Source: Octopus sinensis
Lineage: Eukaryota
Assembly (NCBI RefSeq): GCF_006345805.1
Contig: NC_042997.1
Span: 175,584,001-175,648,000 of the forward strand
Direction: 5' to 3'
DNA: 64,000 bases
Made by a program: the position numbers and the translations under genes
Part shown: piece after piece, positions 52,064 through 64,000 of the stretch
Numbering within the stretch: position 1 is the first letter of the stretch
How the letters are laid out: each line of letters opens with the position of its first letter
Notes under the pieces: generated by a model
Seen by the model: the letters and a program-made list of their open reading frames with translations, nothing else
What the model was told of the DNA's origin: nothing
The model's database searches: none

Positions 52064-53202
52064 CAGGGTGTGGTGAATATATTGTCTTCTAAATTATGAC
52101 AAAATGAAAATAACACTGACATCTCATTTTAACAGATATATTTACCAAAATTACATAGAAGTATCTTGAAATACTAAAGAGTAAATTTATTCAATAAAAT
52201 CGCCATTGGCTTCGACCACAGTCTCCAGACAACTTCAGAGCCTCCTGCAACTCTTCTGGACAGTCTCCTTGTTTAAGTTGGTGAATGCTGCCATAATCCT
52301 TACCTTCAGTTCATCTTTGATGTTACAAGGAGTTTTCTTGGTCTCTCACTCAACTGTGCCCCATACATAATAATCAAAGGGGTTGCAGTCTGGGGAGTTA
52401 GGTGACCAAATGTTAGGGGTGATGTGGTTTCAGAAATTGTCTGACAACCGTGACTGGGTTCTCCTGCTTGTGTGGCATAGTGCAGATTCCTGTTGCCAGA
52501 CATAGGGTCTTCCAGCAGCCACCCTCTTTACCCAGGACAGCACCACCTCCTCAAGGCACTTGATGTAGGCCTCTGTATTGAGTCTGAGGCCGTGTGGGAA
52601 GATGAAAGGAGGCATAACGTCGCCATCACTAGTGATCACTCCAAACACCATGATGTTGACTGGATGTTTGATTTTTATCAATCTTGGTACAGGTTTTGGG
52701 GACATGGCAAGCCAATGGTTGTTGTGTGTTCACCATCTGTTTGTATTGGAGCTTCTTATTTCTTTATTGCCCACAAGAGGCTAAACATAGAGGGGACAAA
52801 CAAGGACAGACAAAGGGCTTAAGTCGATAACATCAACCCCAGTGCGTAACTGGTACTTTATTTATCGACCCTGAAAGGATGAAAGGCAAAGTCGACCTCG
52901 GTGGAATTTGAACTCAGAACGTAACGGCAGACGAATTACTGCTAAGCATTTTGCCCAGTGCGGTAACGATTCTGCCAGTTCGCCGCCTTATTGGAGCTTG
53001 TATTGGAGCTTCTGTCACAAATACCAAGCAGTACAGTATGTTGTTTCCAAATTTTTGATAGAGTGAATTGTATCATGGTACTGTTTTTCTCACAGATGGT
53101 GTCCAACTGACTGTACTGTGTAGTCAACAAAATCAAAAACAAAGAATGTGCATGCACGAAATTTAAAATATAAAATTGCGACAATTTACCCATGACACCC
53201 TG
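52064..53202 (-). mobile_element. Tc1/mariner (maT-like) internally deleted transposon with a nested SINE
   Basis: TIR CAGGGTGT...ACACCCTG with TA TSD. Transposase remnant 'MVFGVITSDG...YVWQQESALCH...SPDCNPFDYYVW'. SINE at about 52757-52990 is flanked by tattggagct duplications. Confidence 0.85.
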
Positions 53203-56200
53203 TACATATTAGTGTGTAATTAGAAGGAATGACTGCTTTTTAAAATATTGCAGAATGTGAATTTTGTTGTTTATTTTATTGTTGTTGTAGTTGTAATGGA
53301 CAGTGTACAAAAACAGCTGGCAAAACCCTTTATCTCTCTTTCCAATTTTCCCCCAATTGTTCCCACCCATAAAGTAAACACACATGTGTGGTTGTACCTG
53401 TGTTATAAGGATTTCAACTGAGTGAGTTCTCAAAATGTGTTCACCATTAGTTATCTAATTCATAAAAAGACATAATATTAATATAAATTTTAGAATATTA
53501 ATTATATTTACATGGAATTACACCTCACTATGTATGTGACATTATTATGATTGCTGTTTGATCCCAAGCCACCCCTGATGGAATAGACCTTTGAACAAAT
53601 GGATTCCAACCATAATAATTTCATCTTAGATTATGTTATCAAATTTGGTCTTCATTTTTTTAAAGCAATAGGGAGTAATTTTAATTGTTTCCTCTAGCAA
53701 CTTCTTTATTACTTCAGTCATGATGATTACACTGTAACAATTTTTTTTTCTTTTGGTCCTGGCAGAAATGTTAGCACGCTGGGCGAAATGTTTAGCGATA
53801 TTTCGTCTGTCGCTACGTTCTGAGTTCAAATTCCGCCAAGGTCAACTTTGCCTTTCATCCTTTCAGGGTCGATCAAATAAGTACCACTTATGCACTGGGG
53901 TCGATGTAATCGACTTAATCCATTTGTCTGTCCTTGTTTGTCCCCTCTGTGTTTAGCCCCTTGTGGGTAGTAAAGAAATAGGTATTTCATCTGTCACTAC
54001 GTTCTGAGTTCATCCGCAGAGGTCGGCTTTGCCTTTCATCCTTTCGGGGTCGATTAAATAAGTACCAGTTATGCACTGGGGTTGATGCAATCGACTTAAT
54101 CCGTTTGCCTGTCCTTGTTTGTCCCCTATGTGTTTAGCCCCTTGTGGGTAGTAAAGAAATAGGTCTTTTGTCTAGAAGTGTTATTTCCTATTTGCTTCTA
54201 TCTAGAAATCAAAGGAAATTACTACTATTCTCTTCAAACTTTGCTTTTGTAACCTGGACATCAATATTTTGAAATTGACCTCTTTTCCATTACATTTCAG
54301 ACAAATTCAGTGTTGAGCTGCTGAAGCAGAAATATCATTATAGCAAATATTCTGCTCAATACCACAAATTTGCTTGTCAGTTGCTTAACCGTAACTAATT
54401 GAGTAATGGGGGAAGCATCATAGCTATGTGTTGAGAGGGATTCTTTGGGATTTAAATGTAACAAAAGTAGTTTTAAGGAAATATAAGCCATTTTTCATAC
54501 TTTCTAGGGGTAAGCAAATAAGAAATAACAGCTGCTACTCAAGGACAAAAATTGTTACACAGTGTTATAATTGGGCAGTGTTGTTGTTGTTGGTGGTGTT
54601 GTCATCGCTGCTGCTGCTGTTGTTGTGGGTGGTGGTGGTGGCGGTGGCAGCGGCGGTGGTGGTGGTGGTGCTGCTGCTGCTTCTGCTGCTGGTATAAGCA
54701 TCATCAGTTATGGCAGGTGTGGATGTAGTGATGGCGGTAACTATGATTATAATGATCATGATAAATATTGTAATATGTCTTAACTCGTTATCTTATCAAA
54801 TACACTTTCATAAATAAAAATTCCAAAAAAAAATCAAAATCAAAGCAAAAAGCATTAGTGTCAAAAACAACAATAGCAAAAATAATGACAGGATTGAGCA
54901 AATTATAAACTGTTGCTCTGGGGTTGCTAACTATCTAATCCCTAGGTTGAAAGATTAGAAGCAACAAAGATTAACATACAAGAGATAGAAATTATAAGTA
55001 CAAAATACAACACACATCTACACGCATAAGCTTCAGAAGGCAATACAATAGTAGTATGTACCTGCTATCAAATGCAACTACCTATTTGTAAACAAGAAAA
55101 CAGGATCTCTCTCTCTCTCTCTCACACACACACACCATTCATTTGAAAATACTAGGCTAGTGATGTTAGTGAAAATAATAGTAAGTTGTTACAGCATTCC
55201 AGACATCCCACTTTATATAAGTGCTAGATTAAACAGTCTCTAAATCCCTCTTATAGAGACCCCCAATGCTCTTTATATAGCATTTTCAGATACAGAATAT
55301 ATACTTTAGCTTGAAAAAAAAATCTGCCTGCTTGTCTTTCAATAAAGGACACACATACTCTACACAGGGCTATATGATTATTTGATCTGCTATAAATTGT
55401 AGCTAAATTTCTTTCAAATAAAATATCACCATTTAAAAAAAACCCCATCGTGTAATAAACTTATGTTCCCTTTTGCCATACTAGCATGGATTACATGAGA
55501 TATCTTAATGCAATATTCTCTAGATTATATTCTTTAAAAAATGTTTGGTTTGCTTGATCAGGGCTAATTTGTGGCTAAACAATTAAAAATAAATAAATGA
55601 AGCGCAGGAGTGGCTGTGTAGTAAGTAGCTTGCTTACCAACCACATGGTTCCGGGTTCAGTCCCACTGCATGGCACCTTGGGCAAGTGTCTTCTACTATA
55701 GCCTTGGGCTGACCAATGCCTTGTGAGTGGATTTGGTAGACGGAAACTGAAAGAAGCCCATCGTATATATGTATATATATATATATGTATGTGTGTGTAT
55801 ATATGTTTGTGTGTCTGTGTTTGTCACCACAACATCACTTGACAACCGATGCTAGTGTGAAAACGTCCCCGTAACTTAGCGGTTCGGCAAAGAGACCAAT
55901 AGAATAAGTACTAGGTTTACAAAGAATAAGTCCCGGGGTCGATTTGCTCGACTAAATGTGGTGCTCCAGCATGGCCGCAGTCAAACGACTGAAACAAGTA
56001 AAAGAGAGTAAAGAGAGGCCAATAATGTATCCCTGTCATATTTGCAACTGATTTTGTATCCACTTTTCACAGACTTATTTGTTGTCATTGCTGTGGAATA
56101 CCACATAGATTCAATAGAAGAATTAATCATGAAGCTTGGAAAACTGGGAACTAGTCAACAACTGAGAAATGGATTAACAGCCTCTTTACTGTCTCTATTT

Positions 56201-56599
56201 CCATATAAAGACTTGCCTACAGTGCTGCAAAATAATTAAATACTGATTAACCATACAGTTATTGCAACACTCACACGTGCAACCTTTATCTAACCATGAT
56301 ACAATTTTTACAGCTGGGAAGACTTAGTTTGCAAAATTTAAGTAATTGGGACATTGATTCATACATAAAAAAGGATTTCAAATATAAATATTTACTTACA
56401 AATATCAATGTGGTTATAGTAAATACAGAGTCTATGCAAAAGAGAGCAAACATTTTAGAAAGCCAATTTATTGCATCATTTACAATTTAATTAGACTTGT
56501 TTTGATGAAAACAATTTCCTCTGCTGCTGGTTCAGTGCTTTCCAATGATTTTTCTAGTTTAGGAATGTGATTTGAAATGGATTTTCAAAAGTAGTATGC

Positions 56600-57900
56600 A
56601 ATTTTTTTTCAGTCTCTTCTGTTGTCTGAAATTGGTGACCTTTCTGGATGGATTTTCAACTTTGGGAAAAAGATCAGGGTAACTGGGGTGGGTGGGGTGC
56701 GGAGGTAGAACGAGTTATTTGTGCCTTCCCAAAATGTCTCAGAGAAGAAGTGACACATGAGAAGGTGCATTGTGTTAGTACTGCATCCAAGTTTTGTTTG
56801 TCCTAGCACAGGCCTCTTCCTTAGCACAACCTCTCTACAATGATTCAGGACACTCAACCAAAACTCTTTATTTATAATTTGAATGCCTGGATCAAAATTA
56901 TGATGAACAACACCCTTCCACTCAAAAAAGGGAGTAACATTACCTTCACATTTGAGCAACTCTGCAATGCTATTCTCCTCCTCATCATCATCATTATCAT
57001 TGTTTAACATCCACTTTCCATGCTAGCATGGGTTGGACGATTTTGACTGAGGGCTGGCGAACCAGATGGCTGCACCAGGCTCCAATCTTGATCTGGCAGA
57101 GTTTCTACAGCTGGATGCCCTTCCTAATGCCAACCACTCCGAGAGTGTAATGGGTGCTGCAGTAATTATGACTCAACCTGCCATTCCAACAACCATTTTG
57201 TTTTGACATAGTAACCATGCACCCAGGTTTTGTCCACCTGTTTCAAAACCTTTTAGAATGATTTCATCAAACAGGTTTCATTAATTTCCATCAAATTGAG
57301 GAATCAAACAGCACCTGACTGACTGTGACTTGGCTCTCATTTAATTCATCTGTCAACAGACATAACAAAAGTTTTGTGACAGTGTAATGCATCTTCAATT
57401 TTTCTTTTAAAATTGTGTGGCACAAATTTTGACAAAGGCTTGCTTCTTCAGAAACCTCATGGACAAACAGGTGGCAATTTTCAAAGATCACTACATGCAC
57501 TTTCACATAATCATCATCTATTGTCATGGAAGACTGACCTGATTTGAAAGCATCATTGGTAGATGTTCTATCCAATTTGAAATACTGGTACTTCTTGTGA
57601 CATTGCATATCACTCAAGCAATCCTCCACACAGAAAATCTCCGTAGTAGTTGTTTACCAATTTGAGACAAAATTTTACACAAAAATGTTGTTCTTCCAAA
57701 TCCTTCATTGTTCAACTTGCAAAAAATCACCAAGTGGACAAAACATATGTTCACTTTACCATGCATTGATTGGTGACCAGCTGTCATTGTTTAATGTAGC
57801 TGTTATTAATTGTAATGAGAGTCAAGGTCACTCATGCACTCATACAAAGTACTGCAGTCAAGAGGAATCTGCACTAGCTACTTGGTGCATTGTTTTAAAG
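56600..57900 (-). mobile_element. Degenerate mariner transposase relic interrupted by a SINE
   Basis: 'FFEWKGVVHH...IINKEFWLSVL..REVVLRKRP' and HTH-region 'VHEVSEEASL...CHTILKEKLKMH'. Confidence 0.7.
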
Positions 57901-59378
57901 CTTCAGTTTCCTTTTGAAGAAACCTTGTAGATGCACAAACAATAAGCTTTTATTTCATTTCCTCTATCCATAAACAATTAAAGTTATCATCTTTGATGGT
58001 GTCTCAAGTTGACCCTACACATAAAGACCCCTTTCGATCATGAATGACCATAGGATTGCACCAAGAAAGTCTCTCTCCAAAGCACAAGTCTGGGCAAGAT
58101 TGTTTGTGGAAGATCAGCAATTGCCCATGAATACCAGCCTTTCCTCTCCATGACACTGATGTTATTGTCCAAGGGAAACATAAAGGCCAATATAGATTGG
58201 CACCGGTGACATCACAACTCATTTCTACAGCTGAGTGACCTGGAGCAATGTGAAATAAAGTGCCTTGCTCAAGAACACAACACACAGCTCAGTCCAGGAA
58301 TTGAACTCACAACCTCACAATTGTAAGCCCAATGCTCTCACCCAGTGGTTCTCAACTAGGGTCTATATGGCCCCTGAGGATCCATATGGCCCCTGAGGAT
58401 CCATATGGCCCTTGAGCATCTATATGGCTCCTACTACTACAAGGGCCACTCTTTCTCTCAACTGAAAAACCACATATCAACTCCACTCAGGTACCTGGCA
58501 CATCTGTCTCTACACTGTGTTTCCCTAAGGTTCTGCACTAAGTACAACTCCCAATCCTTCTATCTCAAAGTTATCCCTTTGGAATTCCTTTCCTGCCCAT
58601 ATTTTCCCTGTAGGTGTCAACTTCTTATGCTCAAGTTAACAGTTGACTGTATTAATCTCGCCAGTCAGTGATGAGTTATGCGCACTGCACCTTCCATGTG
58701 ACTAAACCACGAAACATAATGTCTGTGATGCTTGGCATAAGGAAAGGAAACAGAAAATTAAATGAAATCCTTCGTTTCTGTTTGCAATAGCACTGAAGCA
58801 TAGAGCCGTGACATTGCTTCCAGAATGAGACAAGTCAAGAACATGTCAGCGTGTGTGGTACAGACAGTGGTGGTTGCGGTGGTGGTGGCGGCAGTGGCGG
58901 TGGTGGTGGTGGTGGTGGTGGTGTGTTTAGAAGCCATGCTGACAGAAGTTGATGTTGGATACATTAATGGTGGTAGTAAGGAGCAATGACAGTGGTGATG
59001 GCGATGGTGATGGTGATGATTGTGGTCATGGTGGTGAGAGATCGGTTGTGATGTTAATGATTGTCTTAGTAGTAATGGATAGCCTGAAGGATTATGATGG
59101 TAATGGTAATGTGTGGTTATGATGGTAGATGCAGTAGTGGTGGCAGTGAGAGATCATAGTTGTTGTGATGTTGATGATGGTAATGATGGTAGCGGTTACA
59201 ATGGCAATATTTCTTTTTGAAAATTTCCTTCCCGTGACACTTAAAGCAATTACAAACATTTTGATTAATTAGCGCAATGTCATTTTTTAAGCGATTCATA
59301 ATTTTTTGATAAATTTTGATGAATGCCATAGTCACTACATTAAAGTGTGTAGAATAGTAACTTTAATATTAATATATA

Positions 59379-59699
59379 CAGTGGAACTTTGGTTTATGAA
59401 AACCTCTCGTCATGAATAACTCTGTTTACAAATAAGCTTTTGAATATAAGACATATTGGGTGACAAACAGTGTCTCAAGTAACAAACATTCAAACTGACA
59501 ATGACACATGATGACAAGCTGAGAGAATCGGTTGGAGAGAGTCCATTGTTGTCTAGTTTTTGCTCAGTGCCCATCCTTGCTTGAATTCACAGTATCTTCA
59601 CTTGAATTTCATATGGGAGAAATAGTTTTGGTTTACGAACATTTCAGATGATGAACAACCTTCAGGAACAAACTAAATTCATAAATTGAGGTTCCACTG
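59379..59699. mobile_element. Tigger/pogo-like MITE
   Basis: TA|CAGTGGAAC...GTTCCACTG|TA with about 22-bp imperfect TIRs. Confidence 0.8.
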
Positions 59700-60269
59700 T
59701 AAATATATATATTCATCATCGTCGTCGTCATTATCATCATCATCATCATCATCATCCCACCATTTCATGTCTATCTTCCATGCTGGCATGGGTTGAATGG
59801 TTTGGCAGAATTTAATGAAATGGAGAGTCATATCATTCTCCAATGTCTATATTTTGGCATGCTTTCTCTGGCTGGATTCCCCTTTTTAATGTCAACCCCT
59901 ACACAGAGCATACAGAGAACTCTTTTTGTGGCACCATTGCTAGTGAGGTTGCTGTGTGACTCACAAGAAAAGAAAGCTCCCTTCAACTGAGTAGGAATAT
60001 GGTAGAGAGGGAGGTTTTATGCTAGGTTTTGAGAGGTCAAAGTACGATAGAAGGGACAGGAATGGGGGTGATTTACGCTTCATGCTGCAGAGGAGATACA
60101 TAGCTACCTCTGTTTCACTTTATTATATAAAGATAGTTGGGAATAGTTGGGGTGAAGCTGGAAAGAGAGATAAAGATGGTGGTGACAAGGTGTCAGAGAG
60201 TACCCTCAAGATACAAGAAGGTGAACAGAAGAATCAGGACAGTCTCTCTCCTTGCACCCTCATTAAATA

Positions 60270-61365
60270 CAAGTGAGCCGTCATCCATGCAGACACATTT
60301 TTCTCCTATGACATCACGATTCTCTCTCATGCACTGTCTTGCAACACAAAACACCTCAAGTCTTTGGTCCTCAAGACGCAGAACATTAGCAAATTTTTTC
60401 TTATATGCTTCCCCTCTGGATAAGTAAACCTGTCTCCTAGCTTCCCTTCTGGTAGTCTGATATAATTCCTTACCACCACTGTTCTTCCAATCCTTCCATG
60501 CCTGATTCTTTTCCCTAATGGCCCTGTCAACTACATTGTTCTACCACCAAGTTACCTTGGGTTAAGGGGACATTGCACCATCCACAGATCTGGTCAGTGG
60601 CCCTTAGCAGGTTGTCTTATAGAAACCTCCAGTTGTCTTCCACATCATGAGATGCTATATCCCCTTCTATTTTGTCAAAAGCTTCAAGTAATACATCTCT
60701 AAATCTCTATCCACTTGCAGGATCCTTAAACTTCCAGACCCTTCTCTTCCATGCTGGTCATCTTCTGGGCATCCATTTAGCCCTGATCCTGAAGTTGCTA
60801 ACTACTAATCTATGTTGTGGAGTGCATTATTCACCAGGGAAGATTTTTGGAATTTATAAATAGTCATTTTCCCGTTTCCTGGTGAGGACATAGTCAATTT
60901 GACTTGTGTGTCGACCAGATTGGTAGGTGACTAGGTGACTGGCAGGTTTCCTGAAGTTAGTGCTACAAACCATAAGATCATTTGCATCACAGAACTCCAG
61001 CAGCCTGGTTCCCTCCTCATTGCAGGAACCAAAACCATAGCCTCCATGTATTCCATGGAAGTCCCCTGCATGTTGTCCAACGTGCGATTGAAGTCACCAG
61101 CCACAAAGAGAAGGTCCCTGACATTTGTCGATGAGGTAGTCTGCAAGAGGGTGTCATAAAATCAGTTTTTCTGTCCATCAAGTAGCCCCGCCTGAGGGGT
61201 ATAGGCCAAGATAAAGGTTGCTAACCCATGATGCAGCATTAATCTAATCTCAAGTATTCTATCGCAGACTCTGACTACCTCGATTACCTTATCAACCTAA
61301 TTTCTCCGCAAGAAGTATACCCACACCCCTGACCCTGTCAGTGTTCCCTGCCCAGAAAATCTTTG
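60270..61365 (-). mobile_element. RTE-type LINE, degenerate endonuclease region
   Basis: APE motifs 'GVGILLAEK' and 'LLFVAGDFN'; interrupted at the right by a SINE. Confidence 0.75.
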
Positions 61366-62298
61366 GATCATAATAATGCAATAATATGTAGAATATATGT
61401 AACATATAGGCGCAGGAGTGGCTGTGTGGTAAGTAGTTTGCTAACCAACCACATGGTTCTGGGTTCAGTCCCACTGCGTGGCATCTTGGACAAGTGTCCT
61501 CTACTATAGCCCCGGGCCAACCAATGCCTTGTGAGTGGATTTGGTAGACGGAAACTGAAAGAAGCCTGTCGTATATATGTATATATATATGTATGTGTGT
61601 GTGTGTTTGTGTGTCTGTGTTTGTCCCCCTAGCATTGCTTGACAACCGATGATGGTGTGTTTACGTCCCCGTCACTTAGCGGTTCGGCAAAAGAGACCGA
61701 TAGAATAAGTACTGGGCTTACAAAGAATAAGTCCCGGGTTCGATTTGCTCGACTAAAAGGCAGTGCTCCAGCATGGCTGCAGTCAAATGACTGAAACAAG
61801 TAAAAGAGTAAGAGTAAAGAGTAATATGTAGAATATATGTAACATATACCAGTTGATGCTGATGCACTGAAACAATTGTAGTGATTTGTATTAAATCCAT
61901 TTTGTTGTATTGAAATTCTTTTGTATATACTCTTAAGATACTTGTGGATTTCCACATGTATATCCAGTAGCCAATAACTGAAGAGGAACTTTGGAAAGCA
62001 AGCTATAAGGTTTATTACCCACATATCAAATAGTTGTGTGTGTGTGCATGAATGTATGTGTGTGTGTGAATGTGTGTATATGAATGTGTGTGTGTGTGTG
62101 TGTGTGTAGTCAGTGTATCATATATCCAAAATAGAAGCACTCTATAAAGCATAGAGCAGCAATGTATTTATATGTAGTTAAGTCAATGTCTGGTCATGCT
62201 TCTTTTTGGATGCAAAACCACTGGTCACTCTATGGCCGGAAATAAACTTAACTGCATATAAATATAAATATAAATATAAATATGTATATGTATATATG

Positions 62299-62333
<35 letters not shown>

Positions 62334-62771
62334 TTATATATAGACACACACATACACACACACATATATACAGAAATATGTGTGTATGTATGTATATTAT
62401 AAATGACAGCTTGCTGAAAATTGGGAAAAAAATCACAAAACAGTTGACTTGCTTTTGAATATTGGGTCACTTCACTTAGTCATACACATTCTTTGCCCTT
62501 CCTTCTCATATAGACAGATGTTACTATTGAGCTGACTGCCTACTAGAGGAGGAGGAAGAGGAGGGGTGGTGGTGGTGGTTGTGGTGGTAGTTGGATGGGA
62601 TGCAGAGATGTGTGGTTGTGATGGGGCAGAGTTATGAAAGTGTAGGCAAACAAGCTCTTTCTTACAGACAAAAATATACTTCCTGAAACACTTAGCTGTG
62701 AACCCAACTCACACACTACTGCTTCATTACACATGCACGCACACACACGCACACACACACACACACATTCA

Positions 62772-62821
<50 letters not shown>

Positions 62822-62932
62822 TGTATATATATATATATATAATATATATATATATATAGATAGATAGATAGAGAGAGAGAGATAAAACTTACTTGGAAAA
62901 TAATGTGTGGCATTCAATCATATAATAATATA

Positions 62933-63012
<80 letters not shown>

Positions 63013-63664
63013 GTATACACACACAGAGGACATCATGAAACATGTACAACAAAAAGTTCAAAGTACGAGTACATGGAATATGAACTACTTTTTTGAACAA
63101 CGAAAGACAAAAATGGAAAACAAGGCAAACAACACAAAAAACACAAAAACCACTCTTCATCAGTTGTTGGCTGTTTTTCTACTCTCGTATTTCGAGCATT
63201 TAACAACAAGATATGCTTTCGATAAAACAGTTACTCCTGCAAACCAAATTAAATAAAATTTGGGATTTTGCGGAGGGTCAAAATAGGTAACACAAACAGG
63301 ACAGTGAAAACAAACAAGAAGGGCTGCTAAGCCTAAACGAGGTTGTGGTGGCAAACGCATAAATCAAGCTTGGACAGGAGACAGACAAGAACACGTCTTC
63401 CTTGATCCAGCTTCACTGGAGAGAAAGAAAGAAACACAAATAAGGAGAATAAAGATGGCCGATGATCACATGGGAGTCGCATGAGCAAGGGAGGAAGAGT
63501 GAGGGAGAGAGAGAGTGACAGACAGAGAACTGTTAAGGGGAGAGGAAAAAATTGGAGATAGGATAAGTGAGAAAAAACATGTTCTCGTACTTCGTATTTT
63601 TGTTGTACATGTTTTGTGATGTCCTGTGCCCACATATACATATATATATAGATAGATGTTAGTA

Positions 63665-63698
<34 letters not shown>

Positions 63699-64000
63699 TC
63701 ATCATCATCATCATCATCGTCTAATGTCCGTTTCCCATGCTGGCATGGGTTGGATGGTTTGATTGGGGTGTGGGAAACCAGGAGGCTGCACCAGGCCCCA
63801 ATCTGATCTGGCAGTGTTTCTAATGCTTCTTCCTAACACCAACCACTCTGAGAGTGTAGTGGGTGCTTTTTATGTGCCACTGGCACAGGGGCCAGAGGAG
63901 CTGGCATCGACCACGATCAGATAGTACTTTTTACATGCTACCACGGAAGGCAGTCAAAGCAGCACTGGCATCAGCCATGTTTGAATGGTGCTCTTTACAT

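Noticed and set aside
54565-54783. Gly/Ala/Val- or Thr-rich ORFs (also about 58860-59200)
   Set aside because: Trinucleotide microsatellite mosaics of GGT/GCT/GTT/GAT.

Overview
This is AT-rich, repeat-dense animal genomic DNA. The SINE families and microsatellite load suggest an octopus or other coleoid cephalopod, which is inference. The left 39 kb holds the 5' part of an ASPM/abnormal-spindle orthologue on the minus strand. I traced 18 coding exons with consistent splice phases from the ATG at 38788 to 2610 (about 2,920 codons: ASH domain, two CH domains, IQ array), and the gene continues past the window's left edge. Four features of the gene are unusual: a 3,045-bp in-frame exon built around an acidic 33/36-bp minisatellite between the CH domains and the IQ array, a GC-AG intron, a 1-nt frameshift in the large IQ exon, and a textbook NF-Y + CDE/CHR (DREAM-type) promoter. 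The right 25 kb looks intergenic and is full of SINEs, LINE remnants, mariner relics and MITEs. It also contains a partial-tandem element with a 550-bp period at 44656-45440, carrying two identical minimal type I hammerhead-ribozyme folds with a palindromic loop 3. This Penelope-pLTR/retrozyme-like unit is the best candidate for an undescribed system. No database searches were run; all homology calls rest on recognised motifs.
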